Below the pieces are notes generated by a model, which was not told where the DNA came from, ran no database searches, and saw only the letters and a list, made by a program, of their open reading frames with translations. A DNA stretch of 64,000 bases, taken from the NCBI GenBank assembly GCA_028868375.1, contig JAGWUP010000002.1, positions 193,015 through 257,014 on the forward strand. Reading direction: 5' to 3'. Made by a program: the position numbers and the translations under genes. The stretch is from Elusimicrobiota bacterium. Its GTDB lineage: Bacteria > Elusimicrobiota > Elusimicrobia > UBA1565 > UBA9628. Of this stretch, positions 54,386-63,288 are shown piece after piece. The stretch's first letter is position 1, and each line of letters starts with the position of its first letter.

Positions 54386-55963
54386 ATGGCAGAGCCAGCG
54401 CGTCCCCATAAGCCCCGCCTTTCCTCGAAGGCCGAGGCCTTGCGCCGGCGCCGGGAGCGCGCGATGGCCGGCGGCGGAGCCGAGAAGGAGAAGGCCCAGC
54501 GCGCGGCCGGCAAGCTGACGGCGCGCGAGCGCCTGGATTTGCTGCTGGACGAGGGCACCTTCGAGGAGCTCGACCTGCTGGTCGAGAAGCGCTGCCGCGA
54601 CTTCGGCCTGGACCAGAAATACCTCGCCGCCGACGGGGTGGTGGCGGGCTTCGGCCGCGTCAACGGCCGCGACGTCTGCGTCTACTCCCAGGACTTCACG
54701 GTGATGGGAGGCTCCCTGGGCCTGGCCCATGCCCACAAGATCTGCAAGGCGATGGACTTAGCGCTGGAGGCCGGCGTGCCGGTGATCGGCCTGTGCGACT
54801 CCGGCGGGGCGCGCATCCAGGAAGGAGTGGAGTCCCTGGGCGGCTACGCCGAGATCTTCTATCGGAACGTCCAGGCCTCCGGGGCCATCCCCCAGATCTC
54901 GGCCATCCTGGGGCCGTGCGCCGGCGGCGCGGTCTATTCGCCGGCGCTGACCGATTTCGTCTACATGATCGAGGGCAGCAGCCACATGTTCATCACCGGG
55001 CCCGATGTCGTGCGCAACGCCACCGGGGAGACCTGCGACTTCGAGTCCCTGGGCGGGGCCGCGACGCACAGCGTGCGCTCCGGGGTCTGCCATTTCGTCG
55101 CCGGCAGCGAGCACGACTGCTTCCGCCAGATCCGAGAGCTGCTCGAGTACCTGCCGCAGAACTGCCGCGAGAAGCCGGCCGCCGTGATGGCCTCGGACGA
55201 TCCCGGGCGCAAGAGCGAGCTGTTGGGGCGCGTGGCCGAGATGGACGCGCGCAAGTCCTACAAGATCCACGAGGTCATCTGGGAATTGGCCGACGGGCAT
55301 CAGTTCCTGGAGGTGCACAAGCGCTTCGCCCGCAACCTCGTCGTCGGCTTCATCCGCCTGGGCGGAGAGTCCGTGGGCGTGGTCGCCAACAACCCCTCCG
55401 TGCTCTCCGGCGCGCTCGACATCTCGGCCAGCGAGAAGGGGGCGCGCTTCGTGCGCTTCTGCGACGCCTTCAATATCCCGCTTTTGACCTTGGTCGACGT
55501 CCCGGGCTATTGGCCGGGGATGGAGCAGGAGTACAACGGCATCATCCGCAAGGGCGCCAAGCTCCTCTACGCCTACTGCCAGGCCACGGTGCCCAAGGTG
55601 ACGGTCGTGCTGCGCAAGGCCTACGGCGGCGCCTACGACGTGATGAGCTCCAAGCACATCCGCGGCGACCTCAACTACGCCTGGCCCTGCGCGGAGATCG
55701 CGGTGATGGGGCCGCAGGGAGCCGTCGACATCCTCTTTCGCCGGGAGCTCAAGGCCGCCGGCAATCAGCAGCGCCGGCGCCAGGAGCTCGTCGATTCCTA
55801 CGCCAAGCAATTCGCCTCGCCCTACCAGGCGGCGCAGCGCGGCTACGTCGACGAGGTCATACCGGCGGAGGAGACGCGGCCGAAGGTCGTCAAGGCCTTC
55901 CGTTTCCTCAAGAACAAGAAGGTCGTCGGCGTCGCCAAGAAGCATGGGAACATACCGCTTTAG
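54386..55963 (+). CDS. pccB: Propionyl-CoA carboxylase beta chain / methylmalonyl-CoA carboxyltransferase (AccD-family)
   Basis: Carboxyltransferase N and C halves (GKLTARERLDLLLDEGTFEEL ... FTVMGGSLG ... GYWPGMEQEYNGIIRKGAKLLYAY). The protein is 525 aa. Confidence 0.85.
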   Translation: MAEPARPHKPRLSSKAEALRRRRERAMAGGGAEKEKAQRAAGKLTARERLDLLLDEGTFEELDLLVEKRCRDFGLDQKYLAADGVVAGFGRVNGRDVCVYSQDFTVMGGSLGLAHAHKICKAMDLALEAGVPVIGLCDSGGARIQEGVESLGGYAEIFYRNVQASGAIPQISAILGPCAGGAVYSPALTDFVYMIEGSSHMFITGPDVVRNATGETCDFESLGGAATHSVRSGVCHFVAGSEHDCFRQIRELLEYLPQNCREKPAAVMASDDPGRKSELLGRVAEMDARKSYKIHEVIWELADGHQFLEVHKRFARNLVVGFIRLGGESVGVVANNPSVLSGALDISASEKGARFVRFCDAFNIPLLTLVDVPGYWPGMEQEYNGIIRKGAKLLYAYCQATVPKVTVVLRKAYGGAYDVMSSKHIRGDLNYAWPCAEIAVMGPQGAVDILFRRELKAAGNQQRRRQELVDSYAKQFASPYQAAQRGYVDEVIPAEETRPKVVKAFRFLKNKKVVGVAKKHGNIPL

Positions 55964-55975
55964 CATGGGGGGACT

Positions 55976-56905
55976 GTGAGAAAAAAAGTAACCGTCGTGG
56001 GGGCCGGCAACGTGGGGGCCACGCTGGCGCAGCGCTTGGCCGAGATGGAGATGTGCGACGTCGTCGTCGTCGACATCCCGCAGGTGGAGGGGATGCCGGC
56101 CGGCAAGGCCCTGGACCTCATGGAGTCCGGCCCGATTCTTGGGTATGATTCGCGCGTGAGCGGAACGACGTCCTACGAGGCGACGGCCGGCTCCGACGTG
56201 GTCGTGATCACGGCCGGCATCCCGCGCAAGCCGGGCATGAGCCGGGACGATCTTTTAAAGACCAACGCGGGCATCGTCAAGTCCGTCACCGAGAACGTCG
56301 TCCGCTTCTCGCCCGACAGCGTCCTGATCATCGTCAGCAATCCGCTCGACGCGATGTGCCTGGTGGCGCTCAAGACCTCCAAGTTTCCGAAGCACCGGGT
56401 GCTGGGCATGGCCGGGATACTCGACAGCTCGCGGATGCGTTCCTTCATCTGCGAGGCGCTGGAGGTCTCGGTGGAGAACGTGCACGCCATGGTCTTGGGC
56501 GGCCACGGCGACACCATGGTGCCGCTGCCGCGCTTCTCCACGGTCAACGGCATCCCGATCACGGAGCTCCTGCCCCAGGACAAGATCGCGGCGATCAACC
56601 AGCGCACGCGCGACGGGGGTGCTGAGATCGTCAAGCTGCTTAAGACCGGCTCCGCCTTCTACGCCCCTTCCGCCTCGGCGGCCGAGATGGTCGAGGCCGT
56701 CCTGAAGGACAAGAAGAAGATACTGCCCTGCGCGGCGTATCTGGAGGGCGAGTACGGCGTCGACGGCGTCTTCGTCGGCGTGCCCTGCAAGCTGGGCGCG
56801 CGAGGCTTGGAGCAGATCGTCCAGCTCAACCTCTCCGCCGAGGAGCGCGCCCAACTGCTCAAGTCCGCGACGGCGGTCAAGCAGTTGGCGGCGGCGTTGA
56901 AGTAG
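55976..56905 (+). CDS. mdh: Malate dehydrogenase (LDH-like MDH)
   Basis: [11 protein letters not shown] (NAD binding), [16 protein letters not shown] (substrate Arg) and the catalytic His region (GGHGDTMVP). Confidence 0.85.
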   Translation: MRKKVTVVGAGNVGATLAQRLAEMEMCDVVVVDIPQVEGMPAGKALDLMESGPILGYDSRVSGTTSYEATAGSDVVVITAGIPRKPGMSRDDLLKTNAGIVKSVTENVVRFSPDSVLIIVSNPLDAMCLVALKTSKFPKHRVLGMAGILDSSRMRSFICEALEVSVENVHAMVLGGHGDTMVPLPRFSTVNGIPITELLPQDKIAAINQRTRDGGAEIVKLLKTGSAFYAPSASAAEMVEAVLKDKKKILPCAAYLEGEYGVDGVFVGVPCKLGARGLEQIVQLNLSAEERAQLLKSATAVKQLAAALK

Positions 56906-56923
56906 GTCTAGGACCTAACGAGC

Positions 56924-57682
56924 GTGCTGCTGGCCGTCGACGTCGGCAACACCAACGTCACCGTCGGCGCCTTCGCGGGCCAAAGCCTGCGGGCGCGCTG
57001 GCGGATGCGGACCGACCCGCAGGCCGATGCCGGGGCGCTCGGCCGCGCGCTGGCCCGCGCGGCGCGCCGGCGCGGCGCGCGCGTGGAGGCCTGCGTCTAC
57101 GGCAGCGTCGTTCCCTCCCTCGATAAAGCCCTGGAGCGGGCGGTCCGCACGAGTTTCGGGGTGGCCGCCGTCGCGGTCACCCCGCGCTCGCCCCTGGGCA
57201 TCCGCCTGCGCGTGCGAGAGCCCCTGCGAGTGGGAGCGGACCGCCTCCTCAACGCCCTGGCGGCCCATCGGCGCGCGCGGGGCGCTGCGGCCGTCGTCGT
57301 GGATTTCGGGACGGCGACGACCTTCGACTGCGTCGCCGCCGGAGGCGATTATTTGGGCGGGGCGATCCTGCCGGGCCCTCGGCTGGCGGCGGAGGCCTTG
57401 CATGAGCGCACCGCCAAGCTTCCGCTGGTGGCGATGGCCAGGCCGCGCCGCGTCGTCGGCAAGGACACGGTGGAGTGCATCCGGGCGGGGCTCTACTGGG
57501 GCTACTTGGGCGCCATCGAGAAGGTGCTGGCGCTGACGCTGCGCGAGCTTGGGGGCAGGCCCAGGCTTTTCGCCACGGGGGGACTGGCTTCCTTATTTCG
57601 AAGGGATTTGCCAGAATCAATGCTGCCGGCGCCGGACCTGACTTTGGAGGGGCTGCGGATCGCGCATGAGCGTCTGCGCTAG
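56924..57682 (+). CDS. coaX: Type III pantothenate kinase
   Basis: LLAVDVGNTNVTVG (ASKHA fold N-terminus), VVDFGTATTFD and the GGLASLF C-terminal motifs. Probable GTG start. Confidence 0.8.
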   Translation: MLLAVDVGNTNVTVGAFAGQSLRARWRMRTDPQADAGALGRALARAARRRGARVEACVYGSVVPSLDKALERAVRTSFGVAAVAVTPRSPLGIRLRVREPLRVGADRLLNALAAHRRARGAAAVVVDFGTATTFDCVAAGGDYLGGAILPGPRLAAEALHERTAKLPLVAMARPRRVVGKDTVECIRAGLYWGYLGAIEKVLALTLRELGGRPRLFATGGLASLFRRDLPESMLPAPDLTLEGLRIAHERLR

Positions 57683-57685
57683 GAC

Positions 57686-58432
57686 ATGAAAAAATTCTTT
57701 GCCGTTTCGATTCTGGCGCTGGGGCTTGCGGCGGGGGCGCCTTTCGTAGCGCCGGCCCTTGCGGACCAGTACGGAGGCTTCCAGCAGTTCGCCGACGCGG
57801 GCTCGATCAAGCCGTTCGCGCGCGATCTGGGAGGCATCCTGGGCTCGGCCACCTTCCACTCCGGGCGCAGCCTGGGATTCTCCGGCTTCGACGCCGGCAT
57901 CCGGGGAGGGATGCAGTTCCGGCCGGACGCCAACGACCGCATCCTGCGCAACAACGCCGTCCACGTCTTCGGCCTGCCGTGGGTGCAGGCGGAGGTCGGC
58001 ATGCCCTTCAAGATCGACGGCTTCATCCGCGGGATCAGCTACCAAGGCCTGACGATCGCGGGGGGAGGCCTGCGCTACGGGCTGCTCAAGACCAGCGACA
58101 AGCCGTGGGCGCCGCAAGTGTTGATCTCCGGGGTCGGGCACTCCGTCGTCCACCAATTCTTCTCGGCCAGCCATTTCGGCGCCAGCTTGGTCGCCTCCAT
58201 GGGCGTGCCGTCCTTCACGCCCTACATCGGGGCCGGCTTCGACCGCACCCGCGTGGTCGTGCGCTCCTCCACCGTCGATCCGTCGCTCGACGGCACGACG
58301 GTCCAGACGCTGGAGAGCCGCTTCACGGCCGGGATGTCTCTGCGCCCCTGGCCCTTCTTTTACGTGAATCTGGCCGCCATCCTCGTCCACGGCTTGCCGG
58401 GGGCGGAGGGCGGCCTGGGCCTGCACTTTTGA
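57686..58432 (+). CDS. Outer-membrane beta-barrel protein (porin-like, putative)
   Basis: Signal peptide (MKKFFAVSILALGLAAGAPFVAPALA), alternating amphipathic beta strands and a C-terminal aromatic residue (..GLGLHF). Confidence 0.5.
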   Translation: MKKFFAVSILALGLAAGAPFVAPALADQYGGFQQFADAGSIKPFARDLGGILGSATFHSGRSLGFSGFDAGIRGGMQFRPDANDRILRNNAVHVFGLPWVQAEVGMPFKIDGFIRGISYQGLTIAGGGLRYGLLKTSDKPWAPQVLISGVGHSVVHQFFSASHFGASLVASMGVPSFTPYIGAGFDRTRVVVRSSTVDPSLDGTTVQTLESRFTAGMSLRPWPFFYVNLAAILVHGLPGAEGGLGLHF

Positions 58433-59376
58433 GCGCTCCCCGCGACGCCGGCCTCGACCTCGTCTTGGACGAGCTCTTCGATTTGACCTTGTACCAGGAG
58501 CTGGCCAAGACCTCCAGCGGTCCCCTGCGCGAAGTGCTCTCCGATTTGATTCCGGTGGAGACCCGGCATCTCTCCTTCTGGAAGTCGTTCTTCAAGATCG
58601 AGCGCTCCGAGCTGGACTGGCCGCGGCGCCTGAAGCTGCGGGCGTTGCTGCTCACGGCGCGCCTGCTGGGGCCGGTCGGCACGCATCTGACCCTGGAAGC
58701 CATCGAGATCTACGGCATCCGGAAATATCTGGCCCTCTGGCAGCGCTACCGAGACACCGAGCTCGGCGAAGCGGTCCGGGGCGTCCTGTCCGACGAGTTC
58801 GGGCATGAGGACGAGATCGTCTCGCGCGCGGGCGCGCGCCGCGTCGATCCAGAGCGCGTGCGCAGCGTCTTTCTAGGCTTCAACGACGGCTTAGTCGAGA
58901 TCCTGGGCGCCGTCTCCGGGTTCTTCGCGGCGCTGGGCAACGCCCGCCTCGTGCTGCTGGCCGGCGTCAGCGTCGCCGCCGCCGGCGCCTTTTCCATGGG
59001 CAGCGGCGCCTACGCCGCCGCCAGCTCCGAGGACGAGGTCGAGCGTCTGGAGCGGGGCCGCCGCGAGTTTTTGGGCAAAGAGCCCGGCTCCGCCGGCGGG
59101 GCCTCTCCCGCCGCCATCGGCTGGCTGGTCGCAGCCTTCTACTTGCTGGGCGCCCTGGTGCCGCTCTTGCCGGTGGCCTTCGGCGCCAGCACCCTGCTGG
59201 CCCCTGTCCTGGCCGGCGCGGTCTTCAGCGTGCTCGTCTCCCTGGTGCTGTCCTTTCTCTCCGGCATGAACGCGCGCCGCCGCATCCTCCTCAACCTCGC
59301 CATGGTCGCTTGCGCCGTCGCCTGCTCCTTCGCGGTGGGCTGCGCGGCGCGCCGGCTTTTCGGCCTGGCCTTCTAG
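58429..59376 (+). CDS. VIT1/CCC1-family membrane protein with an N-terminal ferritin-like domain (putative iron/manganese transporter)
   Basis: An N-terminal ferritin/rubrerythrin-like ExxH pair (LYQELAKT ... ETRHLSFWKSF ... DEFGHEDEI) is followed by the VIT-type TM region (GFNDGLVEILGAVSGF ...). A TTG start overlaps the upstream stop. The listed ORF 57979.. is the out-of-frame extension. Confidence 0.55.
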   Translation: MSAPRDAGLDLVLDELFDLTLYQELAKTSSGPLREVLSDLIPVETRHLSFWKSFFKIERSELDWPRRLKLRALLLTARLLGPVGTHLTLEAIEIYGIRKYLALWQRYRDTELGEAVRGVLSDEFGHEDEIVSRAGARRVDPERVRSVFLGFNDGLVEILGAVSGFFAALGNARLVLLAGVSVAAAGAFSMGSGAYAAASSEDEVERLERGRREFLGKEPGSAGGASPAAIGWLVAAFYLLGALVPLLPVAFGASTLLAPVLAGAVFSVLVSLVLSFLSGMNARRRILLNLAMVACAVACSFAVGCAARRLFGLAF

Positions 59377-59398
59377 GCCGGCGTCAGCCGGGGTGCTT

Positions 59399-59872
59399 CT
59401 AGCTTCTGTAGGAGCCCTTGAAGCTTTTCTCGGCCTCGCGGGCGGTGGCGCGCTTCTTGAGGTCCTCGCGGCGGTCCGGTCCCTTCTTGCCGCGCGCCAA
59501 GCCCAGCAGCACCTTGGCCCAGCCGCGACGAAAGTAGACCTCCAGGGGGACCAAGGTCAGGCCCTTGCCCTGCAGGCGGCCGGACAGGCGATCTAACTCG
59601 CGGCGGTGCATCAGCAGCCGGCGCGAGCGCCGCGGATCCGGGGGGGAGACGGTGGCGAATTGGTAGGGGGGGATGTAGAAGTTGAACAGGGAGAGCTGCC
59701 CTCCATCCAGGCGCCCGAAGCAGCCGTCCAGGGAGGCGCGGCCGCCGCGCAGGGACTTGACCTCGCTGCCCAAAAGGCTCAAGCCCGCCTCGTAGGTCTC
59801 CAGTATCTCGTAGATGGCGCGGGCCTTCCGGTGGGTGGCGACGACGCGCTTGTCGTCGGACTTCGTTTTCAT
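59399..59872 (-). CDS. smpB: SsrA-binding protein
   Basis: Full-length SmpB pattern (ATHRKARAIYEILETYEAGLSLLGSEVKSLR ... GKGLTLVPLEVYF ... KKGPDRREDLKKR). Confidence 0.85.
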   Translation of the reverse strand: MKTKSDDKRVVATHRKARAIYEILETYEAGLSLLGSEVKSLRGGRASLDGCFGRLDGGQLSLFNFYIPPYQFATVSPPDPRRSRRLLMHRRELDRLSGRLQGKGLTLVPLEVYFRRGWAKVLLGLARGKKGPDRREDLKKRATAREAEKSFKGSYRS

Positions 59873-59910
59873 GTAGAATGCCCATTATAGCACTGCCGCG
59901 TTCCGATCGG

Positions 59911-59998
59911 TGGGCAGGTGGCGGAATTGGCAGACGCGCACGGCTCAGGACCGTGTGGCCGCAAGGCCTTGGGGGTTCAAGTCCCCCCTTGCCCACCA
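59911..59998 (+). tRNA. tRNA-Leu (anticodon CAG), long variable arm
   Basis: tgggcaggtggcggaattggcagacgcgcacggctCAGgaccgtgtggccgcaaggccttgggggttcaagtccccccttgcccacca. It has D-loop GGAATTGG, a long variable arm and T-loop GGTTCAAGTCC. The acceptor 5' strand tgggcag pairs with ttgccca. Confidence 0.8.
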
Positions 59999-60034
59999 AT
60001 CGGAACGCGCGCTCCCGGGGCGCCCATAAAGACC

Positions 60035-60063
60035 TTGACAGCCCCGACCCAACGGTCTATACT
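60035..60063 (+). promoter_or_regulatory. Sigma70-like promoter upstream of the first pilin gene
   Basis: TTGACA (60035-40), a 17-nt spacer, then TATACT (60058-63), about 95 nt upstream of the pilin ATG. A weak sigma54-like element (tggccgcatactgctt, ~60097-60113) is also present but off by one in spacing. Confidence 0.4.
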
Positions 60064-60157
60064 TGCGGCGATGGGTGTTCTCTCGCGCCATGCCATGGTG
60101 GCCGCATACTGCTTATTTACCCTTCATCATTCATAGCGTGCCGAAAGGGGGTATAGC

Positions 60158-60595
60158 ATGAGAGGACTCACCAGCAGGAAGCGCACTTCGGGCTTCACGC
60201 TCATCGAGTTGATGATCGTGGTTGCCATCATAGGTATCTTGGCGGCTATCGCCATACCGAAGTTCGCCAGCCTCATCCGCAAATCGAACGAGGGAGCGTC
60301 GAAGGGCAACCTCGGGTCCATCCGTGGAGCGTTGAGCATCTACTACGGAGACCTCGAGGGACAGTATCCCAGCGACATGACTTCCTTGACGATCAACGGC
60401 AAGTACCTGACCGCGATACCGAACGCGAAGGCTCCGAACTACCATCCGGACTCTTCCGCGGTCACGAACCAGACGACATCGGACGACGGCGGCGGCTGGT
60501 CCTACAACAACACGACCGGCGACTCCAACATGGGGACGGTGTGGGTCAACTGCACGCACACCGACACCAAGGGGAGCGTCTGGACGACGTACTAA
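60158..60595 (+). CDS. pilA: Type IV pilin (PilA-like) paralog 1
   Basis: Class III signal and N-methylation motif (RKRTSGFTLIELMIVVAIIGILAAIAIPKF) with a conserved E5. The C-terminus reads VWVNCTHTDTKGSVWTTY. Lower GC than the surroundings. Confidence 0.8.
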   Translation: MRGLTSRKRTSGFTLIELMIVVAIIGILAAIAIPKFASLIRKSNEGASKGNLGSIRGALSIYYGDLEGQYPSDMTSLTINGKYLTAIPNAKAPNYHPDSSAVTNQTTSDDGGGWSYNNTTGDSNMGTVWVNCTHTDTKGSVWTTY

Positions 60596-60626
60596 GCTAA
60601 TCGGGTCCTATCGGGCCCGGACGACC

Positions 60627-60658
60627 GGGGCCCCCTGGCGACAGGGGGCCCCTTTTTG
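60627..60658 (+). terminator. Rho-independent terminator between the two pilin genes
   Basis: ggggccccc-tggcgaca-gggggcccc followed by ttttt (60653-57). Confidence 0.6.
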
Positions 60659-60665
60659 GGCAGCG

Positions 60666-61088
60666 ATGGAAAGCCACGCCGAGGGGTTTACGCTGGTCGA
60701 ACTGATGATCGTCGTCGTGATCATCACGCTGCTGGCCACCATCGCCATCCCGAAGTTCGCCACCCTGGTGCGCAAGGCCAACGAGGGCGCCTCCAAGGGC
60801 AGCTTGGGGAGCATTCGCGGAGCGCTGTCCATCTACTACAGCGACATGGAGGGCGTCTATCCCAGCGACCTGACCTCCTTGACGATTGAGGCGAAATACA
60901 TGCAGGCGATCCCCCTGAGCAAGACTCCCTCCTATCATTGGGACAGCTCCAGCGTCGTCAACGGCGCCGTTTCCACGGACGCCGGAGGCTGGCTTTACGA
61001 CAACATCCAGGCAGACGCCGCCGACGGCAGCGTCTGGGTCAACTGCACCCATACCGACACCAAGGGCAGCGTTTGGACGAGCTATTGA
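60666..61088 (+). CDS. Type IV pilin paralog 2
   Basis: HAEGFTLVELMIVVVIITLLATIAIPKF at the N-terminus. The C-terminus (VWVNCTHTDTKGSVWTSY) is near-identical to paralog 1, and the middle has diverged. Confidence 0.8.
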   Translation: MESHAEGFTLVELMIVVVIITLLATIAIPKFATLVRKANEGASKGSLGSIRGALSIYYSDMEGVYPSDLTSLTIEAKYMQAIPLSKTPSYHWDSSSVVNGAVSTDAGGWLYDNIQADAADGSVWVNCTHTDTKGSVWTSY

Positions 61089-61885
61089 TGCCGTCCTGGA
61101 TCGCGTCGGCGCTGGCGGCTTGGCTGGGCGCGGTCTTGGGCAGCTTCGCCAACGTCCTCATCCATCGCCTTCCGGAGGATGAGTCGATCCTCTGGCCGCC
61201 CTCGCGCTGTCCCCGCTGCCGCGCCTCGATTTCTTGGCGCGACAATATTCCGCTCTTAAGCTGGCTGTTGCTGCGCGGCCGCTGCCGCCGCTGCCGCGGC
61301 GCCATCTCGCCGCTCTATCCGGCCGTGGAGCTGGTCGTAGCGCTGCTGGGCTGGGGTCTGTGGCGGCGCTGGCAAGCCCATCCCTACTGGGCCGGCGCAA
61401 GCCTATTGGCCGCCTGCGACCTGGTCGCCGTCGCCGCCATCGACTGGAAGCATTTCATCATCCCGGACGAGCTTTCCCTGGGATTGCTGGTGCTGGGCCT
61501 CTGCGTCGCGCCCCTCAACCCGATCTTCGCGCAGCCGTCGTGGTGGAAGCCCTTCCTGTTCTCCGTCCGTGGAGCCGCGATCGGCTTTGCCCTGTGCTAT
61601 GGGGCGGCGGCCGTCGGCTCCGCCCTCTTCGGCAAGGAGGCGATGGGCGGCGGCGACGTCAAGCTCCTGGCCGCCATCGGAGCCTGGTCGGGGGGGCTAG
61701 GAGCTTTCGACTGCCTGCTGGTGGGCTCGCTTCTGGGCTCCATCTACGGCTTGAGCCTGCTGGCCGCGGGCCGCTTGCGGCGCTCCGATCCCATTCCCTT
61801 CGGCCCTTTTTTGGTCGCCGCGGCCCTGCTCAACCTCTTCCTCATCCTGCCGCTGGGCTTCCCGCTGGTGCCGATCGCCTCGTAG
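61088..61885 (+). CDS. pilD: Prepilin peptidase (A24 family)
   Basis: N-terminal zinc-binding C-x2-C ... C-x2-C (CPRCRASI ... CRRCRGAI), the conserved Asp in the GGGDVKLLAAIGAW motif and multiple TM helices. The ATG overlaps the pilin stop (TGATG). Confidence 0.8.
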   Translation: MPSWIASALAAWLGAVLGSFANVLIHRLPEDESILWPPSRCPRCRASISWRDNIPLLSWLLLRGRCRRCRGAISPLYPAVELVVALLGWGLWRRWQAHPYWAGASLLAACDLVAVAAIDWKHFIIPDELSLGLLVLGLCVAPLNPIFAQPSWWKPFLFSVRGAAIGFALCYGAAAVGSALFGKEAMGGGDVKLLAAIGAWSGGLGAFDCLLVGSLLGSIYGLSLLAAGRLRRSDPIPFGPFLVAAALLNLFLILPLGFPLVPIAS

Positions 61886-63288
61886 AGAAGGCTGCCGTCG
61901 AAACGCCCGCGCTCCACGAGGCCGTAGGACGCCAAGCGCCGGCGCCAAGCCTCGTCCAAGACGCGCGCCGGAACGAATATCCGCTGACCGGAGGCCCTAA
62001 GCTCGTCCAACTCGGCGGGAAGGGCTTGCGGGCGCGGTTCCCAATAGAAGAGGTTCAGCGGCTTGCGGTGGGCGAAGTAAGGGACGTAGACCTGGTCGTT
62101 GCCGGTGACGACGACCCAAGCGTCGGGCGGGACCTGTCCCTTGAGCCAAAGGGCTTCCCGGTACTCGGGATTGGAGGACGGCTTGGTCTTCGGCAGAATT
62201 CCGGAGATGCCGTTGACCAGGCCCAGAGCCGCGGCCAGCGCCGCCCCCGCCCAGGGCGCGGACTCGAAGGCGACGGCGGCCAGAAACCAAAGCGGGAGCA
62301 GGTCGCTGAGGCGATAGACCATGGTGAACGGCTCCCAGGAAAGATAGAGGGCGGCGTAGCCGGCCAGCCAGAGCAGGCAGAGGCGCGTTTGTACGGCGCG
62401 AGCGCCGCGGCGAGCGCGCCAGGCGCCGAGCGCGGCGGCGCCCAGCAGGCCCAGGCCCAGGGCCAGAGCGGCCCAGCCTTGCGGCCCGGCCAGCGGGGAG
62501 AAGTCGGAGACGATGCGGGCGCTCATCGCGGCCCATTGGCGCAGGCCGGCCCAGCTGTAATAGCGGCCGTGCCAGGCGAAGGCGCGCCGATGGTTGAGAG
62601 CGGCGCTGCCCAATAGCCACAGCTTAAGCTGTCTCCAGGAGTCCGGCTTGACGCAGAAGGCCGCGGCCAGGGCGTAGGCGCAGCCCAGGGTGGCCGCGGC
62701 GCAGGCGGCCCAGCGCCGCAGGGCCCGGGCGCGCTCCCGGCCCGCGGCGCGCCAGAGGGCGTAGGCCGCCGCCGGGGCCGCCATCAGATGGCCCGCATGG
62801 CCCAGCATCGCCAAGCCCTGCAGCATTCCCAGCCGCCCGGGGCGGGGACGGTCGCAGAGCAATTCGCCCAGAAACCAGGCCATCGCCAAGAGGCCCAACA
62901 GATAGACCTGGGCCTCCAGGCTCCACAGCCAAAAGCCGTATGAGAAAGACAGGCCGGCCGCGGCCGCCAGGGCCGCCGGCCTGCGAACCTCGGCGCGGCG
63001 CAAGGCCAGAAAGAAGGAGCCGGCGGTCGCCGCCCCCAGCAGAGAGTCCAAGACCTGGAGGCTCAACAGCGCCGGGCCGCGGTAGCCCAAGAGCGTCCAC
63101 AGCTTGAAGAAGCCCCAGCCCAGCACGCCGTAGGCCAGGTGGTTGCCGTGGACCAAGTGCCTTAAGTCGCCCAGCTCGACCGCGATCGCGCAGGCCACGC
63201 CGTCGAAGTTGTAGAAGTAGGAGTGAAAGCACAGATAGAACAGCGCGGCGGCCGCGGCCAAGAGCGCGGCCAGGCGGCGGTCGCTCAT
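61744..63288 (-). CDS. Polytopic membrane protein (possible GT-C / O-antigen-ligase-like), hypothetical
   Basis: Roughly 10-12 hydrophobic helices and a C-terminal soluble ~150 aa. The 3' end overlaps convergent pilD by ~140 bp. Confidence 0.45.
   Translation of the reverse strand: MSDRRLAALLAAAAALFYLCFHSYFYNFDGVACAIAVELGDLRHLVHGNHLAYGVLGWGFFKLWTLLGYRGPALLSLQVLDSLLGAATAGSFFLALRRAEVRRPAALAAAAGLSFSYGFWLWSLEAQVYLLGLLAMAWFLGELLCDRPRPGRLGMLQGLAMLGHAGHLMAAPAAAYALWRAAGRERARALRRWAACAAATLGCAYALAAAFCVKPDSWRQLKLWLLGSAALNHRRAFAWHGRYYSWAGLRQWAAMSARIVSDFSPLAGPQGWAALALGLGLLGAAALGAWRARRGARAVQTRLCLLWLAGYAALYLSWEPFTMVYRLSDLLPLWFLAAVAFESAPWAGAALAAALGLVNGISGILPKTKPSSNPEYREALWLKGQVPPDAWVVVTGNDQVYVPYFAHRKPLNLFYWEPRPQALPAELDELRASGQRIFVPARVLDEAWRRRLASYGLVERGRFDGSLLYEAIGTSGKPSGRMRKRLSRAAATKKGPKGMGSERRKRPAASRLKP

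Noticed and set aside
54793-56148. 451-aa alternative-frame ORF over pccB/mdh
   Set aside because: A shifted frame of well-conserved pccB and mdh genes, with no motifs.
57979-58428. N-terminal extension of the ORF containing the VIT/ferritin-like gene
   Set aside because: The extension overlaps the outer-membrane beta-barrel gene in another frame. The conserved ferritin-like domain begins near the TTG at 58429.
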